Of a stretch of 64,000 nt of DNA, positions 47,211 to 56,577 are shown piece after piece. A program made the position numbers and the translations under genes. The DNA is from Candidatus Poribacteria bacterium (lineage in GTDB: Bacteria; Poribacteria; WGA-4E; WGA-3G). The DNA is taken from the NCBI GenBank assembly GCA_965214095.1, contig OZ243938.1:4512001-4576000 (forward strand), given 5' to 3'. The notes under the pieces were generated by a model. That model searched no databases. It had not been told where the DNA came from and saw only the letters and a program-made list of their open reading frames with translations. How positions within the stretch are numbered: position 1 is the stretch's first letter; each line of letters opens with the position of its first letter.

Positions 47211-48530
47211 ATGAGACGTTTGTCTATAAGTTTTATTCTTTTAATGTTGGTAGTTATAGTAGGGTGCGGTCAAAAAGATGAAAAAACATTAACGATTGTC
47301 TGGGCAGAATGGGACCCAGCTAATTATTTACAAGAATTATCTAAAGACTTTACAACTGAAACAGGAATTGCAGTGGATGTTGTCCAGATTCCTTGGCCTG
47401 CTTTCCAAGATAAAATTGACAATTCCTTCGTGGGGAAGAGTGATTTATATGACATTGTGATAGGAGACAGTCAATGGTTGGGAAGAAATTCTGTTGGAGG
47501 ACATTACATTGACTTGACAGAATGGATCAATGCGAACATAGATGTGCCTGCTATATATGGACCTGCTATGACCGCTTTTGCCGAGTACCCGAAAGGGAGT
47601 AGCAAGTATTGGGCATTACCTGCTGAAGTGGATGCGGCAGGATATGTGTATAGGAAAGACCTATTTGAAGATCCTGCTGAAATGTCTGCGTTTGAAGAGA
47701 AATACGGTTATGCACTTGCTCCACCAACAACTTATTCACAGCTTCGTGATATTGCTGAATTCTTCACCCGTCCAGATGATGATCTCTTCGGTATTGCTAC
47801 ATGGTATAGTAAAGAATATGACGGCATTACGATGGGTTTCCAACAGGTCATGTGGAGTTTTGGTGCCTCTTATGGTGACCCAGAGACCAAGAAAGTTGAT
47901 GGTTATATAAATACAGAGGATGCGGTCAAGGCACTTGATTACTATAGAGATTTGCTTCAATTTGCCCCACCGGATGCCCCGAATTACTATTGGGCAGAAA
48001 CACTTGATGCTTATATTAAAGGGAAAGTTGCGATGGCGATGAATTATTTTGCCTTTTTCCCGGGTGTTGTTGATCCTGATACAAACGAAATCTCACATGA
48101 TAAGAGTGGTTTCTTTGTTGCCCCTAAGGGCCCCAAAGGACACTATATTAGTATCGGCGGACAAGGCATGTCAATTTCCTCCTATTCTAAAAATCAGGAC
48201 ATTGCGAAGCAATATCTGAAATGGTTTATGCAGAAACCAGTGCAGGAAAAATGGGCGATGTTAGGTGGTTTTACACCGATGAAAGAAGTCTTGGAATCGG
48301 ATACCTTCAAGACAGCGACCCCTTTTAATGAGGCGTTTGCTGCAAGTTTCCCATATCTTCGTGATTTCTGGGCAGTACCTGAATATGCCCAACTCTTAAA
48401 TGAGTGCCAAACCAATTGGAGTGAGGCAATTACCGGTATCAAGACATCAAAGGAAGCACTTGATGCTATTGCCCAAAAACATGAGGAAATCTTTACGGAA
48501 GCCATGAAGGATAACAGTGATACAGAATAG
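47211..48530 (+). CDS. Carbohydrate ABC transporter substrate-binding lipoprotein (CUT1)
   Basis: Lipobox IVGC; FTTETGIAV; YRKDLF; PPTTYSQLRDIAEFF; RBS AAGGAG. Confidence 0.93.
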   Translation: MRRLSISFILLMLVVIVGCGQKDEKTLTIVWAEWDPANYLQELSKDFTTETGIAVDVVQIPWPAFQDKIDNSFVGKSDLYDIVIGDSQWLGRNSVGGHYIDLTEWINANIDVPAIYGPAMTAFAEYPKGSSKYWALPAEVDAAGYVYRKDLFEDPAEMSAFEEKYGYALAPPTTYSQLRDIAEFFTRPDDDLFGIATWYSKEYDGITMGFQQVMWSFGASYGDPETKKVDGYINTEDAVKALDYYRDLLQFAPPDAPNYYWAETLDAYIKGKVAMAMNYFAFFPGVVDPDTNEISHDKSGFFVAPKGPKGHYISIGGQGMSISSYSKNQDIAKQYLKWFMQKPVQEKWAMLGGFTPMKEVLESDTFKTATPFNEAFAASFPYLRDFWAVPEYAQLLNECQTNWSEAITGIKTSKEALDAIAQKHEEIFTEAMKDNSDTE

Positions 48531-48546
48531 TTCTGTTGGAAATGTT

Positions 48547-48660
48547 ATACCATTTCTATAAATGTTTATCCTATTAACAATTTGTTAAGAATGTCTTGTA
48601 GGATGGCACAAACTGGCAGTTTGTGCTACAAAATGCGGCGTTCTCTATTAGAAATGGTAT
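48547..48660. repeat. Element with 12-bp TIRs enclosing a GTAG-type hairpin
   Basis: ATACCATTTCTA (48547-58) and TAGAAATGGTAT (48649-60); core GCACAAACTG-G-CAGTTTGTGC-TAC. The same right end recurs near 56536. Confidence 0.75.
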
Positions 48661-48762
48661 TACAAAATTCCATTTAGGTAGGCGCGCTTTATGAGCGCGC
48701 TTTTCCATATACTGGAAGAATGTGCTACAACGCACGCACAATACGGAACAGACCTAAAAAAT

Positions 48763-49692
48763 ATGCAGCACAACCGTTTCTCGCGTGGGATGAGCGATTA
48801 TCAGATTAAGATGGCATTCATCATGCCAACGATGATTTTGCTTATCTTAATGAACATCTTTCCCCTTCTATGGTCCCTGTATTTGAGTTTCCATGACTAC
48901 AAAGCCAACATGCCAAATGCCCCAGAATATATTGGTGCTAAGAACTACATAGAAGTCCTTACGGACCCTGATGTATGGGGATATTTCCGTACAACTGCTT
49001 ATTTTGTAATTTTGGCAGTAGCTGCGCAATTCCTGATTGGGTTCGGTTTGGCACTTCTGCTCAACCGTAGTTTTCCTGCAAAAGGTGTGGTGACAACGTT
49101 GCTTCTGCTTCCGATGATGTTGTCCCCAGTGGTTGTCGCACTATTTTGGCGATTTATTCTTGCTTCAGATGATGGAGGTTTGCTGAACTATCTATTAAGT
49201 CCTCTTCTGAACTTACCTGTATTAAACACTATCTTTGATCCACCTATTGAATGGACAACCGATCCCAAGATTGCGATGTTATCTGTTGTCATTGTGGATA
49301 CGTGGATGTGGTCTCCATTTATGATGTTGATTGCATTGGCAGGATTGAGTGCCATACCTAAATATCTCTATGAGGCAGCAGATGTAGACCGAGCTTCATC
49401 CTGGTTTAAATTTCGTTGGATTACATTACCCTTAGTGTCACCACTACTACTTATAGCCTTATTGTTCCGCACTATGGATGCATTTAAGATGTTTGACATT
49501 GTCTATGTGCTTACCCGTGAGGGTGGTCCGGGGACTGTCACTGAGACTGTTTCCATGAACCTTTATCGGCTTGCCTTCCGAAACTATGATACTGGGAAAG
49601 CTTGTGCGATGGCGTATATTCTCCTTATAATCATCGTTGCCCTCAGTAACATTTATGTGAAATATCTCAATCGTGTTAAGGGAGAAACTTAA
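48763..49692 (+). CDS. Carbohydrate ABC transporter permease
   Basis: EAA motif LYEAADVDRAS..FRWITLP. Start moved from 48691 because that ATG lies in a REP-like hairpin. Confidence 0.92.
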   Translation: MQHNRFSRGMSDYQIKMAFIMPTMILLILMNIFPLLWSLYLSFHDYKANMPNAPEYIGAKNYIEVLTDPDVWGYFRTTAYFVILAVAAQFLIGFGLALLLNRSFPAKGVVTTLLLLPMMLSPVVVALFWRFILASDDGGLLNYLLSPLLNLPVLNTIFDPPIEWTTDPKIAMLSVVIVDTWMWSPFMMLIALAGLSAIPKYLYEAADVDRASSWFKFRWITLPLVSPLLLIALLFRTMDAFKMFDIVYVLTREGGPGTVTETVSMNLYRLAFRNYDTGKACAMAYILLIIIVALSNIYVKYLNRVKGET

Positions 49693-49697
49693 TCTAT

Positions 49698-50942
49698 ATG
49701 AGAACTTATTCGATATGGAAACTGATTGCATTCATCATCATAATGGCGATTATTTTATTTGCTGTTATAGTCTACATTATTCCGATTTATTGGATCGTGG
49801 TAACGTCATTGAAAGCACCTTCAGATATCAACACAAAACTGCCGCAGTTCATCTTTGATATATCGCTTCAAAGTTATAAAAAGTTGATGCCTGAGGGGCA
49901 AGTTTCTACCGTAACATATCTGTTTATTGGGCAAATACTTTCTGGATTGATTCTATTTGCGTTCTTTTCGCTTGTCAATACACAACTGCTGCGTCGTATA
50001 TCACTTCGGATTATCGGTTTATTCTGGAACCTTCTATTTGTTTTAACTTGTTTATTCGGCTTTTTCAGCACAGTGCCGCATTCTCGGTTGAAAGTTGATG
50101 TGCGGTATCATTTTTTTTCTTTGATAGTTTGTTGTGTGATAGCTTGCCTTATAGTTATTCCGTGGAAGAAAAAGATCTCTGCTGTTATTCCAAATATGGA
50201 TGGTTCTCCGCTCCCGAATAAAAAGGAAAGACTGGCGTTTATCATTCCAGTCATCTTTGCAGCCATTGGGATCTGTATTGCTCTTGCGAATGATGGTTCA
50301 AAATATTTCTATCAGTTACTCAACAGTATTATTATAGGTGGGGGTAGCACAATTCTTGCTGTTGGTTTAGGCACTATTTCCGCCTATGCCTTTTCTCGTT
50401 TCAAAATTGCTGGCAAGGACGATCTGTTGTTCTTTATCCTCAGCACACGTATGTTACCGCCTGTTGTCGTTGTGATTCCTATCTATTTGATGTATATTTC
50501 GCTTAGATTATTGGATACTCATTTTGGTTTGATTTTGCTTTATACGACCTTCAATGTTTCATTTGCTGTTTGGCTTATGAAGGGTTTTATTGATGAGATA
50601 CCGAAGGAATATGAAGATGCAGCACTCGTTGATGGTTATACCCGTTTTCAAACTTTTTTGAAGGTTGTTTTGCCACAGTCTGTAACAGGAATTGCTGCGA
50701 CTGCAGTATTTTGCTTGATTACAGCATGGAACGAGTTTGCCTTTGCGCTTGTGCTTACTAATGTTGGCGGTGTAGCCGTTACATCTCCGCCTTCCATCAC
50801 AAGTGCTACCGGTTCTGCTGGAATGGACTGGGGTAAGATTGCTGCATCCACTTTTGTTTTTCTCCTACCTGTTGCTATTTTTACTTTTTTGATGCGAAGT
50901 CATCTCTTGCGCGGTGTTACGTTTGGTGCGGTTAAGAAATAG
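49698..50942 (+). CDS. Carbohydrate ABC transporter permease (with extra TM insertion)
   Basis: IPKEYEDAALVDG, AWNEF, LLRGVTFGAVK. Confidence 0.92.
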   Translation: MRTYSIWKLIAFIIIMAIILFAVIVYIIPIYWIVVTSLKAPSDINTKLPQFIFDISLQSYKKLMPEGQVSTVTYLFIGQILSGLILFAFFSLVNTQLLRRISLRIIGLFWNLLFVLTCLFGFFSTVPHSRLKVDVRYHFFSLIVCCVIACLIVIPWKKKISAVIPNMDGSPLPNKKERLAFIIPVIFAAIGICIALANDGSKYFYQLLNSIIIGGGSTILAVGLGTISAYAFSRFKIAGKDDLLFFILSTRMLPPVVVVIPIYLMYISLRLLDTHFGLILLYTTFNVSFAVWLMKGFIDEIPKEYEDAALVDGYTRFQTFLKVVLPQSVTGIAATAVFCLITAWNEFAFALVLTNVGGVAVTSPPSITSATGSAGMDWGKIAASTFVFLLPVAIFTFLMRSHLLRGVTFGAVKK

Positions 50943-51263
50943 ACAGTTGAGATTTCTCAATACACTGTAAAGTTAGTACCTATCAACGCCTATCAACATT
51001 CTCTCAATATAAGAGCATGAAAATGCGAATTTAAGTATCTTGTTTTGTTCCTATTTTGTGAAAAAACTGACTTATTTCCAATACAAAATAGTATAAAACG
51101 TTCAAGAAGATGGGCTTTCTAACAGAAAAACAAGCAAAATCATTGTATACCCGAGCGCATTTTCATAATCACATAAACGTTGCGTCTTTATGGTTATTAG
51201 GTTTAGAACCATTGTGAGAAATCTTAGTTAAACTTAAACCTACTAAGAATACGGTGGAGAACA

Positions 51264-51572
51264 ATGAAAAAATATAAATTGCATCTACTTTCAATTATGA
51301 TAACTTTGACATTCTGTATTGGGTGTATGCCTAACTATCTTTCAAGAGAATATCTTTATACCCATGAGGATGAAGGACGTTTTGTGATGAAAATCAGGTA
51401 TAAACCAAAACGTCATATTGTAGACGGTCGTGAAGTTGGTGAATATTACTTTAAACTTAGACACATCCCTACAGAGAAAAGCATAATTTATGCAAAATAT
51501 GAAAAAAATAGAAAAGATGCAGAGAGACACCTACGCCAAACGGGACGTGCAAACGATTTAGTGGGAGGGTAA
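51264..51572 (+). CDS. Small hypothetical basic lipoprotein
   Basis: RBS GGAG; signal peptide with lipobox-like CIGC. Confidence 0.65.
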   Translation: MKKYKLHLLSIMITLTFCIGCMPNYLSREYLYTHEDEGRFVMKIRYKPKRHIVDGREVGEYYFKLRHIPTEKSIIYAKYEKNRKDAERHLRQTGRANDLVGG

Positions 51573-51849
51573 CCTATAATGATTTCATTCTTAGACTCGG
51601 ATGGGAACACGTTATTTTGTTTAAAATTATCAGTATGGCTAAAACGTGTAGGTGAAAAGTTGCGCCTAACAGGTCGATTTTTGGAAAACTTGTTCCCGGT
51701 AGAGAGTTTTTATGAGGTACATTCTATTGTTGTCGAACCATATAATTCACCACCTCGTTAATTTATTTTCGCTCCCTTCACTGTAGAATCCACCGTATAA
51801 TCTACTGCGAAATTGCCGTAAAAGTTATCGTCTTTAGCGAAATAAAAAA

Positions 51850-52071
51850 ATAAGTTGACATCTGCTGTAGGAGCAATTCCCGAATTGTGACCTAACACTT
51901 GGATAGTCAGGAATCGGAGTGGTCTTATACATATAAGAGTGTCAAAGTAATTTATAGTAAAGTTTAGAATTAAGAAGATATTTCAATGCACTTGCAAGTA
52001 GCAGAAGTCCCGTAGGGGTGAGGTTTCCTCGCCCTCTGAGGCGTGTCCTATTAATTGTAAATTCCACTATA
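51850..52071. repeat. Two adjacent composite GTAG-REP-like elements
   Basis: AAGTTGACA..TGTAGGAGCAATTCCCGAATTGTGA..TGTCAAAGTAATT (similar to the 5390 core), then TATAGT(51953)..CGTAGGGGTGAGGTTTCCTCGCCC..ACTATA(52071). Confidence 0.72.
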
Positions 52072-52115
52072 GTATAGAAGTGCATCCGAAAATGTGTTAA
52101 ATCGGAGGTGTTAGA

Positions 52116-53570
52116 ATGGCTAAAAAGAAGAAGAAAGAAGTCACGCCTGAAGATGAATTTGCACGTTTGCCTTGGACGATGCGAGATCATATACATAAAC
52201 TCGGACTTTCAACGGTTGAAGAGTATAAACTTTGGTGTCGTCAACATAATTTCTGTTGTAAATTGAGGAAAAATTATCGTGAACGTATTAATGAATTAAG
52301 TGCTTTATCATCTATAAGTGTTTCTCAGATAATGGCGAATGAGAAAAAAGGGCGGAATTTGAAGGAGGTACTTCCGAAAATTTACAAAGAAGAATTAGAT
52401 GGAGAAAATCTGAGAAATCCGATTGCAAAAGAGATCGCATACGCATTTGAGAGAAGTAATTCTCGTGAAGATTTACTCCGACTTATGTTGTACATTGGTG
52501 AAAATTCTGAACTGTTGAAGGATACTTCATATATTAAAGGAATTGAGATGATTGCGAACCATGCTGATAGTTGGATTCGTCCTCTTGAGTCGTGGTTTGT
52601 AAAAAGACATAACCGTGATTGGCAGTTTTCTCAACTTCTGCGTCACCTTTTTGCTAAGTATGATATTCCACAATTCATGGATCGTGTGTGGTTGATAGAA
52701 AACGAGACTTATCAGAATTGGTATAAACATATCGGCTCTGGACAAAATATCCGCACTGCCCCTGAGATACCGATTACACTAACGAAAAAGATGGCACATC
52801 ATTTTCTGAGTGCTCCAAAGCATTATAACGTTGATGAAGCACTTCGTTGGGGACAGGTACAGGCACTCGGTGGGGACAAACGTTTGATGGATGCACTTCG
52901 TGGAACCCATCTGATTAAAAATTTTAGCAACGATGATTTCTGGTTGAATGTTATAAGGTTCTTTATTGCAAATCCGATGTTGGATGTTCAGCATGTCAAC
53001 CCAATAGTAGATTTCATCTGGAATCATAAGTTTGCCAATCAACGTGTATTTGTTGAAAGGGGTGTTGTGGAAGAAATTGGACCACCACAACCCAATTTCA
53101 GTATGAGAGGTAGGACACCCAGGAAATTACTTAGCCAAGTTAATGATTGGCATCGTCAACTTGGTAAGGAGTCAAAACAGGGAAGTTACGAGTGGGAACA
53201 CTCAGAAATCGGTGATTTAGTTGTAAAAGAACAACGGATGGACAATTACACACCCAGATATTGGCGTATTCAAGAACTGCTAAGTACAGATGAACTCATT
53301 GAGGAAGGTAGAGTCATGAAGCACTGTGTTGTCACTTACTCAGAATCGTGTTTCACTGGAAAAACTTCAATATGGTCAATGGAAACGGAAGATGAATATG
53401 GCAAGAACAATGTTTTGACGATTGAGGTGTTAATGGCTGAAAAACTTATTCGACAAGTTCGTGGTAAAAGGAATCGGTTGCCAACGCCAAAAGAAAGAAG
53501 TATTTTAAAGCGATGGACAAGGAAGGAAAAACTTAAAATCGCGGATTATGTGCAGTTTGAGGGTGAGTGA
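52116..53570 (+). CDS. PcfJ-like domain protein
   Basis: C-terminal ELLSTDELIEEGRVMKHCVVTY...SIWSM...LTIEV...IRQVRGKRNRLP pattern; RBS GGAGG. Confidence 0.8.
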   Translation: MAKKKKKEVTPEDEFARLPWTMRDHIHKLGLSTVEEYKLWCRQHNFCCKLRKNYRERINELSALSSISVSQIMANEKKGRNLKEVLPKIYKEELDGENLRNPIAKEIAYAFERSNSREDLLRLMLYIGENSELLKDTSYIKGIEMIANHADSWIRPLESWFVKRHNRDWQFSQLLRHLFAKYDIPQFMDRVWLIENETYQNWYKHIGSGQNIRTAPEIPITLTKKMAHHFLSAPKHYNVDEALRWGQVQALGGDKRLMDALRGTHLIKNFSNDDFWLNVIRFFIANPMLDVQHVNPIVDFIWNHKFANQRVFVERGVVEEIGPPQPNFSMRGRTPRKLLSQVNDWHRQLGKESKQGSYEWEHSEIGDLVVKEQRMDNYTPRYWRIQELLSTDELIEEGRVMKHCVVTYSESCFTGKTSIWSMETEDEYGKNNVLTIEVLMAEKLIRQVRGKRNRLPTPKERSILKRWTRKEKLKIADYVQFEGE

Positions 53571-53664
53571 ACCTTGAATTTTGACAATCTTATGTTAAAC
53601 TTGATGAATGAAAATAGTTGTGGGAATTGCTTTATTGTGATTCTATTGTAAAGGAGGCAGCACC

Positions 53665-53895
53665 ATGGAACATTTTACTACTATACAAGAAATTGTGGAA
53701 CGGTTGAAAAGTCTTCCACTTGAACAACAGAGGACAGTGTTAGATTTCATATTAGAGCTGTCAGGTGAATTGCCAAAGCAATACCCTGGTAAAAATCTTC
53801 TTCAATTTGTAGGCACAATTTCAAAATCGGATTTGGAAATAATGAAACAAACAATTGAAGAAGGATGTGAGCAGATTGATGAATCAGAGTGGTAG
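53665..53895 (+). CDS. Putative antitoxin (VapB-like)
   Basis: 76-aa acidic ORF overlapping the downstream PIN toxin; RBS AGGAGG. Confidence 0.8.
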   Translation: MEHFTTIQEIVERLKSLPLEQQRTVLDFILELSGELPKQYPGKNLLQFVGTISKSDLEIMKQTIEEGCEQIDESEW

Positions 53896-54274
53896 ATATC
53901 TGCTTGATACGGACATTGTTATTGCCTTATTTTCTGGCGATAAAGCCGTGGAAGCGAAAGTAGAGACTACATATAATGTTGCCCTTGCCCCGCCAATTAT
54001 TGGTGAACTTTTCTTCGGTGCACAGAAGTCTGAACAAGTCACTGAGAATCTTTATAGAATCAATATGTTCATTGAAAAGCATCTGTTATTTTCTTGTGAT
54101 TTTGTAACTGCTCAGTGGTATGGAATCATAAAAAATCAATTACGACGTAAAGGGACTCCTATACCAGATAATGATATCTGGATTGCAGCGATAGCGATGC
54201 AGCATGGATTAATTCTCGTTACACGCGATTCCCATTTTGATGTAGTTGAATCACTTGAAACCGAACGTTGGTAG
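53879..54274 (+). CDS. vapC: PIN-domain toxin (VapC family)
   Basis: YLLDTD, IIGELFFG, IPDNDIWIAA, LVTRDSHF: all four acidic PIN residues present. Confidence 0.93.
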   Translation: MNQSGRYLLDTDIVIALFSGDKAVEAKVETTYNVALAPPIIGELFFGAQKSEQVTENLYRINMFIEKHLLFSCDFVTAQWYGIIKNQLRRKGTPIPDNDIWIAAIAMQHGLILVTRDSHFDVVESLETERW

Positions 54275-54303
54275 GAATAGATATACGACGTAACGAGAAC
54301 AAT

Positions 54304-54330
54304 TAGGCGGGTTTGAATTACCCGCCTACA
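54304..54330 (-). repeat. GTAG REP-like hairpin between convergent genes
   Basis: TAGGCGGGT-TTGAATT-ACCCGCCTA-CA. Confidence 0.65.
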
Positions 54331-54358
54331 GATTTGCCGACTATAACCTAAACCAACT

Positions 54359-55402
54359 TTACTTCTTTTCTCTATATTCACTTAGCAATTTGTTAATCTT
54401 ATCAAGAAACTCTTGAGAGTATATTTCCCCGACAAGAGCTTGATGCGTTTCTGTAGCGAGGGTATCCCAAGCCTCTAATGAATCCTCTTCAAACTTGACA
54501 ACTTCAATCCCGACTTTCTGCACAAGTGCGTCAAGTGAATTCTTATTGTCCTGTCGAACATTCTTCATCAATTCAGTCTGATATTTATCTCCGGCATCAA
54601 GGATAACTTTCTGATGCGCGGGTGTAAGTTTATCAAACTTCTCTTTTGTAATAATTGTCGCACCGACACCGACATTAACAGGTAGATCAGTCATGTATTT
54701 AAATTTGGATGCCCATTGTAGTGCAACTGTAACATAAGGAGAGACCGTTACTGCATTTATCCTTCCAGCGTATAAACCCGGCAAGACTTGTGTAACTTCT
54801 CCTGGTACTGTTGCGATATCGGCTTTTTTGTAGAACATCTGTGCGATCTTGTCATTTGTTCGCATCCACATTTTGACATTTGGTGATTTAAGATCATCAA
54901 TATTCCTAATGGGATGATTACTGAAAATGTGGTAGAACCCTATGTCACCCATTCCAATTAGGACATATCCTTTATCCAAGAATACATTGTATAGATCTTC
55001 ACGGAGATGTTGTCGGACATAGTCAAGTTCTTCGTAGCTTCGGAACATGCGCGGGAGTTGGAAGATCAGTACTTCTTCATTAATTTCGCCAAGTCCTGTT
55101 GCAGTCATAGCACCAGCATGGATTAATCCATTTCGCATTTTACTGATCACATCAAGTTCGTCACCTTGGATACCGTTTGCGTAGAAACGGAATTTTATCT
55201 GTCCATCCGTATTAGCCTGAATTTCTTTCGCCATTGCATTGAAATTGTTCATCCACGTAGAACCTTTCGGTGCAAGTGTGGCGAACTTTATAGACTCAAC
55301 AGCAAGCAGTGTTGCTGGCAAACATAGTAATCCAATTAATAGTATAATCACACATACAATACTTGAAACATTTCTCTTGTACATTGTTTTGAAATTCCTC
55401 AT
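54359..55402 (-). CDS. TRAP transporter substrate-binding protein (DctP/TatP-type)
   Basis: IKFATLAPKGSTW, TDGQIKFRFY..G.QGDE, PIRNIDDLK, ALQW. Confidence 0.9.
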   Translation of the reverse strand: MRNFKTMYKRNVSSIVCVIILLIGLLCLPATLLAVESIKFATLAPKGSTWMNNFNAMAKEIQANTDGQIKFRFYANGIQGDELDVISKMRNGLIHAGAMTATGLGEINEEVLIFQLPRMFRSYEELDYVRQHLREDLYNVFLDKGYVLIGMGDIGFYHIFSNHPIRNIDDLKSPNVKMWMRTNDKIAQMFYKKADIATVPGEVTQVLPGLYAGRINAVTVSPYVTVALQWASKFKYMTDLPVNVGVGATIITKEKFDKLTPAHQKVILDAGDKYQTELMKNVRQDNKNSLDALVQKVGIEVVKFEEDSLEAWDTLATETHQALVGEIYSQEFLDKINKLLSEYREKK

Positions 55403-56304
55403 TATTCTATTTCCTCTTCTTCTAAATCAAAAAGTGTATCAATTTGTGAAAGTAATCGTTCAGATCGTGCTTTTGCAAGAGAAGTTGCTGCATTTTCTCC
55501 AGGAAAAATGTCTGGTGGCGCGTCAATAACTTCTTGCAAAGCCTTCTTGAATAGTGGTGCGTCCTGTATGGGATAGGCATAGTATTTTGCCAAATAGAAT
55601 TTGCTCATCAGGAACTTTCCATCATTAATTTCATCTACGCGTTCGATGTGTTCCTTTGCCTTTTCTGGATTCCCACCAATTGCTGGCGATCGGTCACCGT
55701 AAAAGACAGCATAGAATAGGTGTGCACTCCCGAAATAGAAGGTTTCATCTAATTCCAATACGCGCTTCATCATCAGTTCAACCCGCTCAAGGTCAACCAC
55801 CTGCATTGGGTCGTCTTTCTGTAGACTAATACCGCGTCCGACCGAATAAGCTGCCCAGAACAACGGCTCAACATCCTTCTTTTTGATTTTCTGAACTGCT
55901 TTTGCGAATGTATCTGGATTCACTGTACGCGCCTCTTTAAAGGTCTTATTGGATTTTGCCAATGCTTTGAATGCATACATTTCAGAACGGACGTAATGTT
56001 CAATAGCCTTGCTACGCATTTCATCTGCAGTTTCAAAATCACCTGCAATCTCTGCCTCCTCCATCTTATCTTCGAGAAATCCGGCGTAAGAAGAAAAAGC
56101 GCGTGAAGTCTTAACAATTAAGGACTTGTTTCCTAACTTCGTTAATCGTTCAAGCGTTTTTAGGTTTTTCTCAAGTGTGGTTTCAACCACCTGCAAGTCG
56201 CCTTCCTTTTGAATACTGGATAACTTGCTTAGACCACACCCGCCAAGTAATAGAGTTAGTAGAAGTATATACACTATACGCGTGTAATAATTGTTGAATA
56301 TCAT
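55402..56304 (-). CDS. TRAP transporter T-component (TatT, cryptic-TPR lipoprotein)
   Basis: Lipobox LGGC; PLFWAA..MMKRVLELDETFYFGSAH..P.IGGNPEKAKEH; 1-bp overlap with the dctP-like gene. Confidence 0.85.
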   Translation of the reverse strand: MIFNNYYTRIVYILLLTLLLGGCGLSKLSSIQKEGDLQVVETTLEKNLKTLERLTKLGNKSLIVKTSRAFSSYAGFLEDKMEEAEIAGDFETADEMRSKAIEHYVRSEMYAFKALAKSNKTFKEARTVNPDTFAKAVQKIKKKDVEPLFWAAYSVGRGISLQKDDPMQVVDLERVELMMKRVLELDETFYFGSAHLFYAVFYGDRSPAIGGNPEKAKEHIERVDEINDGKFLMSKFYLAKYYAYPIQDAPLFKKALQEVIDAPPDIFPGENAATSLAKARSERLLSQIDTLFDLEEEEIE

Positions 56305-56577
56305 GAGTATTGAATTCCCCCCTTATTAATAGAATTATCCTCTTCCTTAATGATACAGAAAAAGTGGAATCTCGGTTTCTTGTATGAGGTGTTACGTAAC
56401 ACTACCGACAAAAAATTCACGAACACTTTTTCTTCCATAAGTTCTCTCCTTTTTTATATCAATTATAAATATGAATTCCTTTTGCTTTGGAATATAAGAG
56501 GTGTAATGAATTGCGTGACTACGAACTGTATATTTTAGAAATGGTATTATATTACAAAATTATTCAATGTCATAGTG

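Noticed and set aside
51579-51761. 60-aa ORF downstream of the small lipoprotein
   Set aside because: It has a possible RBS (GGAGG) but no recognisable features, so support is insufficient.
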